A DNA stretch of 48,571 nucleotides, taken from Deltaproteobacteria bacterium RIFCSPLOWO2_02_FULL_57_26. GTDB taxonomy: Bacteria; Desulfobacterota; Binatia; UBA9968. A program made the translations under genes and the position numbers. Below are positions 8,832-17,862 of the stretch, one piece after another; positions within the stretch are counted from its first letter, which is position 1, and the number at the start of each line of letters is the position of its first letter. The notes under the pieces were generated by a model. The model was not told where the DNA came from, searched no databases, and worked only from the letters and a program-made list of their open reading frames with translations. Location of the stretch: the NCBI GenBank assembly GCA_001798455.1, contig MGSI01000019.1:1-48571 (forward strand), written 5' to 3'.

Positions 8832-9276
8832 GAGAAGCGATTAACTCGACTTTCCCGCCTACCGCCTCGATCTTCTCCTTGGCCTTGGAGGAGAAACCGT
8901 GGGCCTTTACGATGAGGGCTTTACTCAAAGAGCCATCACCCAAAATTTTTATCCGAGCCTCCCTCGCGCGGACCACACCCCGCTGCTGCAATAGCTGGGG
9001 CGTTACTTCGCTTCCGGGAGCGAAGATCTCAAGCTGGCTGACATTGACGATGGCCGGGATGTCCCTAAAGGGGTTGTGAAAGCCGCGCTTGGGCACACGC
9101 CGCTTAAGCGGCATCTGACCCCCTTCAAATCCCGGACGCGGCCCGCCGCCCGAACGGGCTTTTTGTCCCTTATGTCCGCGGCAAGAGGTCTTTCCGTGTC
9201 CCGAGCCCTCTCCGCGGCCCACGCGCTTGCGCTTCTTCTGCGATCCAGGGGCGGGTTTTAAGCGACTTAAGTCCAT
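8824..9276 (-). CDS. rplO: 50S ribosomal protein L15 (uL15)
   Basis: The ORF track starts at a TTG (9285). The ATG at 9276 gives [22 protein letters not shown]..., which aligns with the usual M-x-L-x-x-L-K-P-A-x-G-S start. Confidence 0.93.
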   Translation of the reverse strand: MDLSRLKPAPGSQKKRKRVGRGEGSGHGKTSCRGHKGQKARSGGGPRPGFEGGQMPLKRRVPKRGFHNPFRDIPAIVNVSQLEIFAPGSEVTPQLLQQRGVVRAREARIKILGDGSLSKALIVKAHGFSSKAKEKIEAVGGKVELIASHA

Positions 9277-9281
9277 AGGTT

Positions 9282-9779
9282 TCAACGAATCTCTGCTAAA
9301 GCCTTTCCTCTCCGGGCCGCTAGCTCATCGGGAAATTTGAGAACTTTGAGGGCCTCGAAGGTGGCTTTGACCATGTTATGGGGATTGGAAGAGCCGATGC
9401 ACTTGGTTAGGACGTTCTGGATACCGGCAGCCTCCACAACCGCTCGCACTCCGCCACCGGCAATCACCCCGGTTCCTTCAGACGCCGGTTTCAGGATCAC
9501 ATAGCCGGCCCCAAAACGGCCCGTGACTTCAAAGGGGATCGTTCCTTCCAGGATCGGCACGCGGATCAAGCTTTTCTTGGCGTGCTCCAGGCCCTTGCGG
9601 ATCGCTTCGGGCACCTCTTTGGCTTTGCCCATGCCATAGCCTACCGTCGACTTTGAGTCCCCAACCACCACCAAAGCGTTAAAACTGAAGCGACGGCCTC
9701 CCTTGACCACTTTGGCCACACGGCTGATATGAACGACTTTCTCTTTGAGTTCCAAACCCGTCGGATCGATGCGTTCCAT
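9282..9779 (-). CDS. rpsE: 30S ribosomal protein S5 (uS5)
   Basis: 165 aa: ...[27 protein letters not shown]... Confidence 0.96.
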   Translation of the reverse strand: MERIDPTGLELKEKVVHISRVAKVVKGGRRFSFNALVVVGDSKSTVGYGMGKAKEVPEAIRKGLEHAKKSLIRVPILEGTIPFEVTGRFGAGYVILKPASEGTGVIAGGGVRAVVEAAGIQNVLTKCIGSSNPHNMVKATFEALKVLKFPDELAARRGKALAEIR

Positions 9780-9782
9780 AAA

Positions 9783-9810
9783 AGCTCTTAGCTCTCAGCC
9801 ATCATCTGTC
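9783..9810. repeat. 7-nt phased repeat (4 units) in the rplR-rpsE spacer
   Basis: AGCTCTT AGCTCTC AGCCATC ATCTGTC, read directly. Confidence 0.7.
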
Positions 9811-9812
9811 GG

Positions 9813-10178
9813 CTAGAAAGTCAGTCCTCCTTCGCGCGCGCCCTCGGCCAGGGCCTTCACCCGACCGTGGTAGAGAAACCCGTTGCGGTCAAAGACCACA
9901 CGCGTGATGTTCTTATCCTTGCACGCTTGGGCCAATACGAGCCCCACTTGCTTGGCCGCTGCCACTCCCTTGGTTTTCTTGAGGCTGTCGCGCAGCCCCT
10001 TGGAAACCGTCGAAACCGAAAGCAGGGTGACACGGCTTTCATCCGAAATAACCTGCACGTAAGTATGCTTGAGACTACGGAATACGCACACACGGGGCCG
10101 GGCATCGGTGCCCCAGACCTTTTTCCGCACCCGCTTCTGACGCCGCTCTCTTCCGCTTTCTCGCTGGTTGCTAAGCAT
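9813..10178 (-). CDS. rplR: 50S ribosomal protein L18 (uL18)
   Basis: 121 aa: ...RPRVCVFRSLKHTYVQVI...VVFDRNGFLYHGRVKALAEGAREGGL.F. Confidence 0.95.
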   Translation of the reverse strand: MLSNQRESGRERRQKRVRKKVWGTDARPRVCVFRSLKHTYVQVISDESRVTLLSVSTVSKGLRDSLKKTKGVAAAKQVGLVLAQACKDKNITRVVFDRNGFLYHGRVKALAEGAREGGLTF

Positions 10179-10195
10179 GGCTTCGCCCTCGATTG

Positions 10196-10747
10196 CTAAG
10201 CCGCTCCCGCTGCGCCCACGGCCTTTCCGGCCTTGCGCCGAACCACTTCCCCTTGATACTTGATCCCCTTACCCTTGTAGGGCTCCGGCGGCTTAAGGCC
10301 GCGAATCTTAGCGGCGATTTCCCCAAGAATCTGCTTGTCAGCGCCGTTCAGTGTAACGATGGTCTGCCGTTCAACCGTTGCCGTCACCCCCGGAGGCAAC
10401 GAGAGCGCCACGGGATGAGAAAAGCCCAGGGCCAGGTGCAATTCGGCCCCCTTGACCTCAGCGCGGTAACCCACTCCGTTGATCTCGAGGACCCGGCTAA
10501 ACCCTCGGCTGACGCCATGTACCATGTTCGCAACGAGACTGCGGGCCATCCCGTGCAGGGCCTTGACTCGCCTCTCATCGCTGCCCCGCAGGATCTTGAG
10601 CGCATTTCCCTCCATCCGCGCTTCAATCCCTTGCGGCAGTTCGGCCCGGAGTTTTCCCTTCGGCCCCTCCACCTGGATGGCGCGATCCTCCACCGTAACC
10701 TTGACCCCTTCAGGGAGCGATATGGGCAGCCTTCCGATGCGCGACAC
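10196..10747 (-). CDS. rplF: 50S ribosomal protein L6 (uL6)
   Basis: 183 aa: MSRIGRLPISLPEGVKV...EPYKGKGIKY. Between rpsH and rplR. Confidence 0.96.
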   Translation of the reverse strand: MSRIGRLPISLPEGVKVTVEDRAIQVEGPKGKLRAELPQGIEARMEGNALKILRGSDERRVKALHGMARSLVANMVHGVSRGFSRVLEINGVGYRAEVKGAELHLALGFSHPVALSLPPGVTATVERQTIVTLNGADKQILGEIAAKIRGLKPPEPYKGKGIKYQGEVVRRKAGKAVGAAGAA

Positions 10748-10765
10748 GTTACACTTTCCTCCAGT

Positions 10766-11170
10766 TTACCAAACCGAGCAGATCAGCTCGCCGCCGACGT
10801 TGGCCTTCCTCGCCTCCCGATCCGCCAAGATGCCCTTCGGCGTCGACAGGATATTGAGCCCCAGCCCTCCGCGGATGGGAGGAATCTCTGTGGCGCCCAC
10901 GTAGACTCTACGCCCGGGCCGACTGATCCGTTTGAGCCCGGAGATGATCGGCTGCTTCTCCCGATCAAACTTTAGCTGGATCAGGAGCTCGTCTCCGACC
11001 CGCTCCTTGGACTTGAGCTTCCTGACCTCCTGCAAAAAACCTTCCGCCACCAGTAGCCTCGCGATCTCCTCTTTGGTGCGCGACCAAGGCACTCCCACAC
11101 TCTCGTGCCGCGCACGGGTGGCATTGCGAATGCGAGTCAGCATGTCTGCAATCGGATCCGTCATTCCCAT
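10766..11170 (-). CDS. rpsH: 30S ribosomal protein S8 (uS8)
   Basis: 134 aa: MGMTDPIADMLTRIRNA... GAGG lies ~6 nt upstream. Confidence 0.96.
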   Translation of the reverse strand: MGMTDPIADMLTRIRNATRARHESVGVPWSRTKEEIARLLVAEGFLQEVRKLKSKERVGDELLIQLKFDREKQPIISGLKRISRPGRRVYVGATEIPPIRGGLGLNILSTPKGILADREARKANVGGELICSVW

Positions 11171-11186
11171 CTTAGCCTCTGCAACC

Positions 11187-11372
11187 TCACCAGCTGGCTT
11201 TGATCAGCCCGGGGATCTGGCCCCGACGAGCATTCTCTCTGAGACAAATTCGACACATCCGAAAACGCCGGTAAAAGGCCCGCGACCTCCCGCAAAGCGG
11301 GCAGCGGTTGTACTGGCGCACCTTGAATTTATTCGGCCTCTCCGCCTTAACCCGAAGACACGTTTTAGCCAC
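11187..11372 (-). CDS. rpsN: 30S ribosomal protein S14, short zinc-binding type Z
   Basis: 61 aa with CPLCGR...CRIC. Sits between rplE and rpsH. Confidence 0.95.
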   Translation of the reverse strand: MAKTCLRVKAERPNKFKVRQYNRCPLCGRSRAFYRRFRMCRICLRENARRGQIPGLIKASW

Positions 11373-11928
11373 TCAATTCTCCCTGCGAACTCGCGAAGGG
11401 CATGCCCATATGCCTAAGCAAGGCCCTCCCTTCCTCATCCGTCTTCGCCGTAGTGACGATGGAAATGGTCAGTCCATGGATTTTGTCTACCTTATCAGCC
11501 TGGATTTCGGGAAAAATGATCTGTTCGCGGATTCCCAGCGAATAATTGCCCTGGCCGTCAAAAGCGCGTTCCGACACCCCTTTGAAGTCCCGGACGCGAG
11601 GGAGCGCCACATGGATCAATCGGTCCAGGAACTCGTACATCCGCTCGCGTCTAAGCGTCACCATACAGCCTATGGACATCCCCTCGCGCAGTTTAAAATT
11701 CGCAATCGCTTTCTTGGCCCGCGTGACCACCGGCTTCTGTCCGGTGATGGCCATGACCTCAGCCACGGCCCCGTCTAGAGCCTTGACATTTTGGATCGCC
11801 TCACCCAGGCCTACATTCACGGTAATCTTTTCCAACCGCGGCACCTGAAGAGGGTTCTGATAACCAAACTCCTTCATCATGGTTGCAACCACCTCTTCCC
11901 GGTATTTGCTTTTGAGCCGTGCCAGCAT
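11365..11928 (-). CDS. rplE: 50S ribosomal protein L5 (uL5)
   Basis: 187 aa: [14 protein letters not shown]...[20 protein letters not shown]... Confidence 0.96.
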   Translation of the reverse strand: MLARLKSKYREEVVATMMKEFGYQNPLQVPRLEKITVNVGLGEAIQNVKALDGAVAEVMAITGQKPVVTRAKKAIANFKLREGMSIGCMVTLRRERMYEFLDRLIHVALPRVRDFKGVSERAFDGQGNYSLGIREQIIFPEIQADKVDKIHGLTISIVTTAKTDEEGRALLRHMGMPFASSQGELSG

Positions 11929-11941
11929 CTCTCTAATTTTT

Positions 11942-11962
11942 AGTTTTGAGTTTTGAGTTATT
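11942..11962. repeat. 7-nt tandem repeat in the rplX-rplE spacer; also part of an AT-rich hairpin
   Basis: AGTTTTG AGTTTTG AGTTATT. AGTTTTGAGTTA-TT-TAACTAAAACT can fold with one bulge. Confidence 0.75.
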
Positions 11963-11972
11963 TAACTAAAAA

Positions 11973-12284
11973 CTAATCAATCGCCTCACCGCAGCGCCGA
12001 CACACGCGGAGCTTCTCGCCATCAGCCAAAATCTTTCTTCCTACCCGGACCGGCGCGTTGCACTTGTCACACATCACCATCAGATTAGAGATGTGAATCG
12101 GCGCCTCCTTCTCGATGATGCCGCTTGGCTGCTGCGGACCACGCGCACGGGCATGCCGCTTGACCAGATTGACACGCTCGATCACAGCCGCCTGCTTACT
12201 GGGAATCACCCTCAGCACCTTGCCGGTCTTGCCTCGCTCTCTGCCAGCGATCACCATCACACTGTCATTCTTGCGAATCTGCAT
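11973..12284 (-). CDS. rplX: 50S ribosomal protein L24 (uL24) with CxxC...CxxC C-terminus
   Basis: The ORF track starts at a TTG (12314). The ATG at 12284 has GGAG upstream and gives MQIRKNDSVMVIAGRERGKTGKV..., a typical uL24 start. The C-terminus has CDKC...CRRC. Confidence 0.93.
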   Translation of the reverse strand: MQIRKNDSVMVIAGRERGKTGKVLRVIPSKQAAVIERVNLVKRHARARGPQQPSGIIEKEAPIHISNLMVMCDKCNAPVRVGRKILADGEKLRVCRRCGEAID

Positions 12285-12326
12285 GATCTCCGGCCACAAG
12301 GCATTAGGCAACAAGTTCTTTAATGT

Positions 12327-12354
12327 GCCTCATGCCTTTTGCCTATTGCCTTTC
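12327..12354. repeat. 7-nt phased repeat (GCCTNNT x4) in the rplN-rplX spacer
   Basis: GCCTCAT GCCTTTT GCCTATT GCCTTTC. 12332-12356 matches 4681-4705 at 23 of 25 positions. Confidence 0.8.
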
Positions 12355-12722
12355 TAGAGTACCTCCGGTGCGAGCGAGATGATCTTCATAAACTTCTTCG
12401 CCCGAAGCTCCCGTGCCACCGGCCCGAAGATGCGCGTCCCGACCGGCTCCCTCTGGTTATCGATGAGAACCGCTGAGTTGTTATCGAACCGGATGTAGGT
12501 CCCATCGGGTCGGCCTAACTCCTTGGCTGTGCGCACCACGACCGCTTTCATGACATCCCCCTTCTTCACTTTGGCGTTGGGGATCGCCTCCTTGACCGAG
12601 ACCACAATAATATCGCCGATCGAAGCGTACTTCCGCTTTGTCCCCCCCAGGACTTTGATGCACTGGACCCTGCGCGCGCCCGAGTTGTCCGCCACCTCCA
12701 GCACCGTTCTCGCCTGAATCAT
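12354..12722 (-). CDS. rplN: 50S ribosomal protein L14 (uL14)
   Basis: 122 aa: [27 protein letters not shown]... Confidence 0.97.
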   Translation of the reverse strand: MIQARTVLEVADNSGARRVQCIKVLGGTKRKYASIGDIIVVSVKEAIPNAKVKKGDVMKAVVVRTAKELGRPDGTYIRFDNNSAVLIDNQREPVGTRIFGPVARELRAKKFMKIISLAPEVL

Positions 12723-12744
12723 CGGTTCCCCTCACCCGTGAGAT

Positions 12745-13044
12745 TTAGACCCCGGCAGAAGAAGCACTGGGCTCCTCAGCCCGTGCGGCCACAGCCCGCT
12801 GCAGGATGCGGCTGACCCGCCAACGTTTATCCCGGCTGAGAGGCCGAGTCTCCTCGATGAGCACGCGATCTCCTATTTGGCACTGCTTGCCTTCGTCGTG
12901 GGCCTTCATCTTGTTCCGAACCCGAATATACTTTTTATACTTGGGATGCATGACCGTCCGTTCCACCGCGACGACGACGGTCTTTTGCATCCGGTTACTG
13001 ATCACCACCCCTTGGCGCTCCTTCCGCATCCTTTCCCGGCTCAT
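12745..13044 (-). CDS. rpsQ: 30S ribosomal protein S17 (uS17)
   Basis: 99 aa: ...[41 protein letters not shown]... Confidence 0.95.
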   Translation of the reverse strand: MSRERMRKERQGVVISNRMQKTVVVAVERTVMHPKYKKYIRVRNKMKAHDEGKQCQIGDRVLIEETRPLSRDKRWRVSRILQRAVAARAEEPSASSAGV

Positions 13045-13060
13045 ATCACCCTTCCTTAGG

Positions 13061-13249
13061 TCAGCGCGACCGCTCCCTCAAAATGGTCTCTACCCGCGCA
13101 AGATCACGCCTCGTTTCCCTGAGCTTCATCGGGTTTTCCAGCCGCGCCGTGGTCCGCCTAAGCCGCAAATGAAAGATTTCTTCTTTCAGCTCGCGGCGCT
13201 TTTGCGAAAGCTCATCCGGGCTCATCTCCCTAAGCTTTTTAGCTTCCAT
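13061..13249 (-). CDS. rpmC: 50S ribosomal protein L29 (uL29)
   Basis: 62 aa: [31 protein letters not shown]... Overlaps the rplP end. Confidence 0.95.
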   Translation of the reverse strand: MEAKKLREMSPDELSQKRRELKEEIFHLRLRRTTARLENPMKLRETRRDLARVETILRERSR

Positions 13250-13664
13250 GCGCCTCTACCCTTCGCTCGACAAATCGGGTGGCGATGGAAAGCTTGTGAG
13301 ACGCCAAGCGAAACGCCTCTTGAGCCAACCCGGTCTCCACCCCCTCCATCTCGAACAGGATTCTGCCGGGTTGGATCACTGCCACCCATCCCTCAAGGGC
13401 GCCCTTTCCTTTGCCCATGCGCGTCTCAGCCGGCTTCTTGGTTATCGGTTTGTCCGGGAAGATGCGAATCCAGACCTTCCCGCCCCGCTTAAGATAGCGG
13501 GTGAGAGCCACGCGAGCGGCCTCAATCTCGCGTGCGGTTAACCGCCCTCTTGCCACCGCTTTCAAGCCGTAGTCCCCGAAAGCCAGCGTCGATCCCCTCG
13601 ATGCCGTTCCACGCATCCTACCCTTCTGCTGCTTACGGTATTTTACCTTTTTCGGCTCCAGCAT
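13239..13664 (-). CDS. rplP: 50S ribosomal protein L16 (uL16)
   Basis: 141 aa: [19 protein letters not shown]... Confidence 0.97.
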   Translation of the reverse strand: MLEPKKVKYRKQQKGRMRGTASRGSTLAFGDYGLKAVARGRLTAREIEAARVALTRYLKRGGKVWIRIFPDKPITKKPAETRMGKGKGALEGWVAVIQPGRILFEMEGVETGLAQEAFRLASHKLSIATRFVERRVEAHGS

Positions 13665-13670
13665 AAATGA

Positions 13671-14333
13671 TTACATTCCCAGGGCTGCCTTCTGCTGCTC
13701 TTCCTCTTCCGTCAAGACCTCACCGCGAAAGATCCAGGCCTTGACGCCGATCGCTCCATAAGTAGTGCGCGACTCGGCAAATCCGTAACTGATATCCGCC
13801 CTGAGAGTATGCAGCGGCACCCGGCCCTCGCGGTACCATTCGGTCCGCGCGATTTCCGTCCCCCCAAGCCTCCCCGCGCACTGAATCTTGATCCCCTGGG
13901 CCCCCATGCGCATCGCCCGCGAGACGCTTTCCTTCATGGCCCGGCGGAAGGCTACTCGACGCTCTAGCTGGAGAGCCACGTTTTCAGAAACGAGCTGCGC
14001 GTCGAGGTCAGGCCGGCGCACCTCGATGATGTTGAGATAGATCTCGCGATCCGTGAGGCGGGCCAGTTCCTCCTTAAGCTTTTCGATTTCCGCCCCTTTC
14101 TTGCCGATGACGATCCCGGGGCGCGCGGTATGAATATTGATCTTTGCTTTGCTCGCCGCTCGTTCTATATCGATCCGGGAGATGCCTGCATGATAGAGGC
14201 GCTGCTTTAGAAATTTTTTGACCTTCAAATCCTCATGGAGCAGCTTGGCATAGTCGTGGCGCGCGTACCACTTGGAGTCCCAAGATTCAATAACGCCGAC
14301 GCGGAAGAGTTTTGGATGCGTCTTCTGCCCCAT
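13671..14333 (-). CDS. rpsC: 30S ribosomal protein S3 (uS3)
   Basis: 220 aa: [24 protein letters not shown]... Confidence 0.97.
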   Translation of the reverse strand: MGQKTHPKLFRVGVIESWDSKWYARHDYAKLLHEDLKVKKFLKQRLYHAGISRIDIERAASKAKINIHTARPGIVIGKKGAEIEKLKEELARLTDREIYLNIIEVRRPDLDAQLVSENVALQLERRVAFRRAMKESVSRAMRMGAQGIKIQCAGRLGGTEIARTEWYREGRVPLHTLRADISYGFAESRTTYGAIGVKAWIFRGEVLTEEEEQQKAALGM

Positions 14334-14348
14334 AAAGATCTCCCTCCT

Positions 14349-14684
14349 CTACCCCTTCTCGTCCACGACTACCGTGATATGGCTTAGCCGCTTGCGGACG
14401 CGGGTCGCCCGGCCCATGGCGCGGGGCATGAAGCGCTTCCACATCCCGCCTTCATCCACCGTGATTCGCTTTACATAAAGCCGGTCCACATCCACGCTCT
14501 GCGTGGCCTCCGCATTGGCCACCGCCGACCTCAGCGTCTTGGCCAGAATGGAAGCCGAGCGCTTGGGCACAAATTTAAGGATGTTCAGGGCATCCTCAAC
14601 CCTTTTCCCCCTGACCTGATCCGCCACAAGTCTTGCCTTTCGGGGAGAGAGTCGAACAAACCGGGTTATAGCTCGTGCCTCCAT
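14349..14684 (-). CDS. rplV: 50S ribosomal protein L22 (uL22)
   Basis: The ORF track starts at a TTG (14690). The ATG at 14684 gives MEARAITRFVRLSPRKARLVADQVRGK, the family-typical start. Confidence 0.94.
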   Translation of the reverse strand: MEARAITRFVRLSPRKARLVADQVRGKRVEDALNILKFVPKRSASILAKTLRSAVANAEATQSVDVDRLYVKRITVDEGGMWKRFMPRAMGRATRVRKRLSHITVVVDEKG

Positions 14685-14696
14685 AAGCAAAAACCC

Positions 14697-15038
14697 CTAG
14701 CTCGTCTGCGCCGCCGGCGGCTGGGGAGCCCCCGGAGCCGGACCCCGGCTCGGCCCCGTCTCTTTGGCCTCTCCCTTGCGATCGCCGGAGTGAACATGAA
14801 AGGTACGGGTCGGCGCAAACTCCCCCAGTTTGTGGCCCACCATATTTTCCGTGATGAAAACCGGGATGAATTTTCTCCCGTTGTGGACCGCGATGGTGTG
14901 GCCCACCATCTCCGGGGTGACCATAGAGCGCCGCGACCAGGTTTTCAGCACGCGCTTCTCCCGCGTCTCGTTCATGGCCTCGATCTTTCGCCTCAGGTGA
15001 TCATCCACAAAGGGCCCTTTTTTTATCGAACGTGCCAT
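14697..15038 (-). CDS. rpsS: 30S ribosomal protein S19 (uS19) with Pro/Ala-rich C-terminal tail
   Basis: 113 aa: [15 protein letters not shown]...[33 protein letters not shown]... Confidence 0.96.
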   Translation of the reverse strand: MARSIKKGPFVDDHLRRKIEAMNETREKRVLKTWSRRSMVTPEMVGHTIAVHNGRKFIPVFITENMVGHKLGEFAPTRTFHVHSGDRKGEAKETGPSRGPAPGAPQPPAAQTS

Positions 15039-15040
15039 CG

Positions 15041-15868
15041 CTACCTGACCTCTCTCCGTTTCACGATATACTTATCCGACGCGTGGTTTTTCCTTGTCTT
15101 GTACCCCTTGGTCGGCTTTCCCCACGGCGTCTGGGGATGGTTCCCCTTGGACCGACCTTCCCCTCCACCGTGTGGATGATCCACAGGGTTCATCGCCATC
15201 CCCCGTGTCACAGGTCTTCTTCCCAGCCACCGCCTTCTTCCCGCCTTCCCAAAGGAGATATTTCCCTGGTCGAGATTTCCGACTTGTCCCACCGTTGCTC
15301 GGCACTCGGCGCGGACGTAGCGGAGCTCTCCGGAGGGAAGCTTCAGAAGCGCGTAATTCCCCTCTTTCGCCATCAATTGCGCGCCTGCCCCGGCGCTGCG
15401 GACTAACTGGCCTCCCTTGCCCGTTTTCAGCTCGATATTGTGAATCACCGTCCCCGCCGGGATGAATTTCATAGGGAGTGAATTGCCCGGCCTGATATCG
15501 ACCCTATCTTCCCCGGCGATCAGCGAATCTCCCACGCGGATCTGGTCAGGAGCTAAAATATAGCGGCGCTCGCCGTCGGCATAACAGAGCAGCGCGATGC
15601 GAGCGGAGCGGTTCGGATCATACTCGATCGCCTCCACCCTCGCGGGAATGCCCGGCTTATCGCGCTTAAAATCGATGGTCCGGTAAAGACGCTTGTGGCC
15701 TCCGCCGCGGTGGTCGCTCGTGATCCGGCCAGCGTTGTTTCGCCCGCCGCTGCGCTTCAGAGCAACCACCAAACCCTTTTCCGGTTCGGTCTTGGTGATC
15801 TCCTCAAAGCCGAGCCCGGTCCGAAACCGGATTCCCGCAGAGGTGGGTCGATAACTCTTTATAGCCAT
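15041..15868 (-). CDS. rplB: 50S ribosomal protein L2 (uL2)
   Basis: 275 aa: [15 protein letters not shown]...[14 protein letters not shown]... Confidence 0.97.
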   Translation of the reverse strand: MAIKSYRPTSAGIRFRTGLGFEEITKTEPEKGLVVALKRSGGRNNAGRITSDHRGGGHKRLYRTIDFKRDKPGIPARVEAIEYDPNRSARIALLCYADGERRYILAPDQIRVGDSLIAGEDRVDIRPGNSLPMKFIPAGTVIHNIELKTGKGGQLVRSAGAGAQLMAKEGNYALLKLPSGELRYVRAECRATVGQVGNLDQGNISFGKAGRRRWLGRRPVTRGMAMNPVDHPHGGGEGRSKGNHPQTPWGKPTKGYKTRKNHASDKYIVKRREVR

Positions 15869-15957
15869 ATTTCGAATCTCTTCATAGGGAGCCGCTCAAG
15901 CCGTTTATCGTTCAAATCGTTAACGCATGGAACGGCTCTGCCTTGCATCGCCAACGA

Positions 15958-16248
15958 TTAGGCGCCGCCGAAAAAGTCGATTTTATCGCCCTCTTTGAGC
16001 GTCACATAGGCTTTTTTCCACTCGGGCAAACGCCCTGCGTTCCTGCCCACTCGACGGACCTTCCCGAGACAGCGCATCACCCTGACCTTGAGGACCTTCA
16101 CCTTAAAGAGCGCTTCCACCGCCTTTTTCACCTCGATCTTGTTTGCGTCGGGCCGAACCTTAAAAAGCACCTGATTGGCCTTCTCGCCGAGCAGGGAGCC
16201 CTTTTCGGTGATCATCGGCGCCTGAATGATGTCGTGGGGGTCACTCAT
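15958..16248 (-). CDS. rplW: 50S ribosomal protein L23 (uL23)
   Basis: 96 aa. ATGA overlap with the rplD stop. ...IIQAPMITEKGS...KVLFKV. Confidence 0.94.
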   Translation of the reverse strand: MSDPHDIIQAPMITEKGSLLGEKANQVLFKVRPDANKIEVKKAVEALFKVKVLKVRVMRCLGKVRRVGRNAGRLPEWKKAYVTLKEGDKIDFFGGA

Positions 16249-16841
16249 GTCGGCAGCCTCTCTTCGAGAACCCGCACGGACGCCTCGGTCAAAATGAGGT
16301 GCTCGTAGCGCAACAAATCGTAGACGTTGAGTCCCTCGACCCGGAGCACCTTCACCCCGGGAAGATTCCGCGTCGACCGCTCAATCTTTTCATCCGGCTG
16401 GGGGATCACGAGCAGGGCACTCTTGACCTGAAGACCCTCAAGCAGCTTGCGCATGAGCTTGGTCTTGGGCTCCTCGATCTCCAGCTTCTCTAGGACGATG
16501 ATCTTTCCATCCTGCTTCTTGAGACTCAAGGCCGAGAGCAGCGCTTCCCGCCGCGCCCGTTTGGGGAGCCGGTAGGAATAGTCTTTCGGCAGCGGTCCAA
16601 AGATCGTCCCGCCTCCAACCCAGACCGGCGACCGGATGCTCCCGGCGCGCGCCCTTCCCGTCCCCTTCTGCCGCCAAGGCTTTTTCCCTCCGCCCCGAAC
16701 GAGGCCGCGGGTTTTGGTCGAGGCCGTGCCCGCACGGCGGCTGCTCATCTGCATGTTGACCACTTGCTGGAGCAGATAAGGGCGAGTCTTTACCCCGAAG
16801 ATTTCCTCCTTCAACTCAGGATGGATCACCCGAGCTTCCAT
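16245..16841 (-). CDS. rplD: 50S ribosomal protein L4 (uL4)
   Basis: 198 aa: ...GGGKKPWRQKGTGRARAGSIRSPVWVGGGTIFGP... Confidence 0.96.
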   Translation of the reverse strand: MEARVIHPELKEEIFGVKTRPYLLQQVVNMQMSSRRAGTASTKTRGLVRGGGKKPWRQKGTGRARAGSIRSPVWVGGGTIFGPLPKDYSYRLPKRARREALLSALSLKKQDGKIIVLEKLEIEEPKTKLMRKLLEGLQVKSALLVIPQPDEKIERSTRNLPGVKVLRVEGLNVYDLLRYEHLILTEASVRVLEERLPT

Positions 16842-17480
16842 CTACTTTCTCTCCTTCGCCGCGCGCCGGACCAAAACGATACCCCGTTTGGGACCGGGGA
16901 CGGACCCTTTGACCAGCAGCAAATGAGTCTCGGGTCGAACGTCGACGACCTCAAGGTTCTGGACTGAAACCTTTTCGTTCCCCCAATGGCCCGCCATCCT
17001 CTTTCCCTTGAAAACGCGCCCTGGGAACGACCGGTTGCCGATCGATCCACCGTGGCGAAAATATTCATGCGTGCCGTGAGAAGCAGGAAAACCGCCAAAC
17101 CCCCATCGCTTGATCACGCCAGTAAAACCTCTTCCCTTCGATGTCCCGGCGACATCGATCCGATCGCCAGTCTTAAACAGGTCAGAGACCTTGATCTCCT
17201 GCCCCAATTCAAACTGAGACACCTTATCCGATCGAAACTCGCGCAGAACCTGAAAGGCGCCTTTGCCTGCCTTGAGCATATGCCCCTGCTGAGGCTTATT
17301 GACTCTCTGACCCTTCTTGCTGCCGAATCCAAGTTGCACGGCGTCATAGCCGTCCCGCGCTGCTTCCTTCTTTTGCACGACGACGCACGGGCCCGTCTCA
17401 ATGACTGTAACGGGAACCACGCTTCCATCGGGCGCGAAGACCTGCGTCGTCCCGATTTTCTTTCCTATGAGTCCGTTCAT
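16842..17480 (-). CDS. rplC: 50S ribosomal protein L3 (uL3)
   Basis: The ORF track starts at a TTG (17495). The ATG at 17480 gives [15 protein letters not shown]..., the typical uL3 start. No recognisable SD before either start. Confidence 0.93.
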   Translation of the reverse strand: MNGLIGKKIGTTQVFAPDGSVVPVTVIETGPCVVVQKKEAARDGYDAVQLGFGSKKGQRVNKPQQGHMLKAGKGAFQVLREFRSDKVSQFELGQEIKVSDLFKTGDRIDVAGTSKGRGFTGVIKRWGFGGFPASHGTHEYFRHGGSIGNRSFPGRVFKGKRMAGHWGNEKVSVQNLEVVDVRPETHLLLVKGSVPGPKRGIVLVRRAAKERK

Positions 17481-17487
17481 AAGAATG

Positions 17488-17557
17488 AATCTCAAATTTC
17501 AAAACTCATATCTCAAATCAAATCTGCCATGTGAGATCTGAAATCTGAGATCGCTAC
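17488..17557. repeat. longest 7-nt phased array (10 units) filling the rpsJ-rplC spacer
   Basis: AATCTCA AATTTCA AAACTCA TATCTCA AATCAAA TCTGCCA TGTGAGA TCTGAAA TCTGAGA TCGCTAC, read directly. Confidence 0.85.
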
Positions 17558-17862
17558 TGGAGCTTGATCTCCACATCCACACCGGCCGCAAGATCCAGCT
17601 TGCCCAAGGCGTCGATCGTCTGCTGGGTCGGTTCCAGGATATCCAGCAAACGCTTATGGGTCCGAATTTCAAATTGCTCTCTGGACTTCTTGTCGACATG
17701 CGGGGAACGGTTCACGGTAAAGCGCTCAATCCGCGTTGGCAGAGGGATGGGTCCCGCCACCCTTCCCCCGGTCCGCTTAACTGTCTCCACGATCTCCCCG
17801 ACCGACTGGTCCAAGACCCGGTGATCATACGCCTTTAAGCGAATACGAATCTTCTCGTTCAT
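17554..17862 (-). CDS. rpsJ: 30S ribosomal protein S10 (uS10)
   Basis: 102 aa: ...[16 protein letters not shown]...[33 protein letters not shown]... Confidence 0.97.
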   Translation of the reverse strand: MNEKIRIRLKAYDHRVLDQSVGEIVETVKRTGGRVAGPIPLPTRIERFTVNRSPHVDKKSREQFEIRTHKRLLDILEPTQQTIDALGKLDLAAGVDVEIKLQ

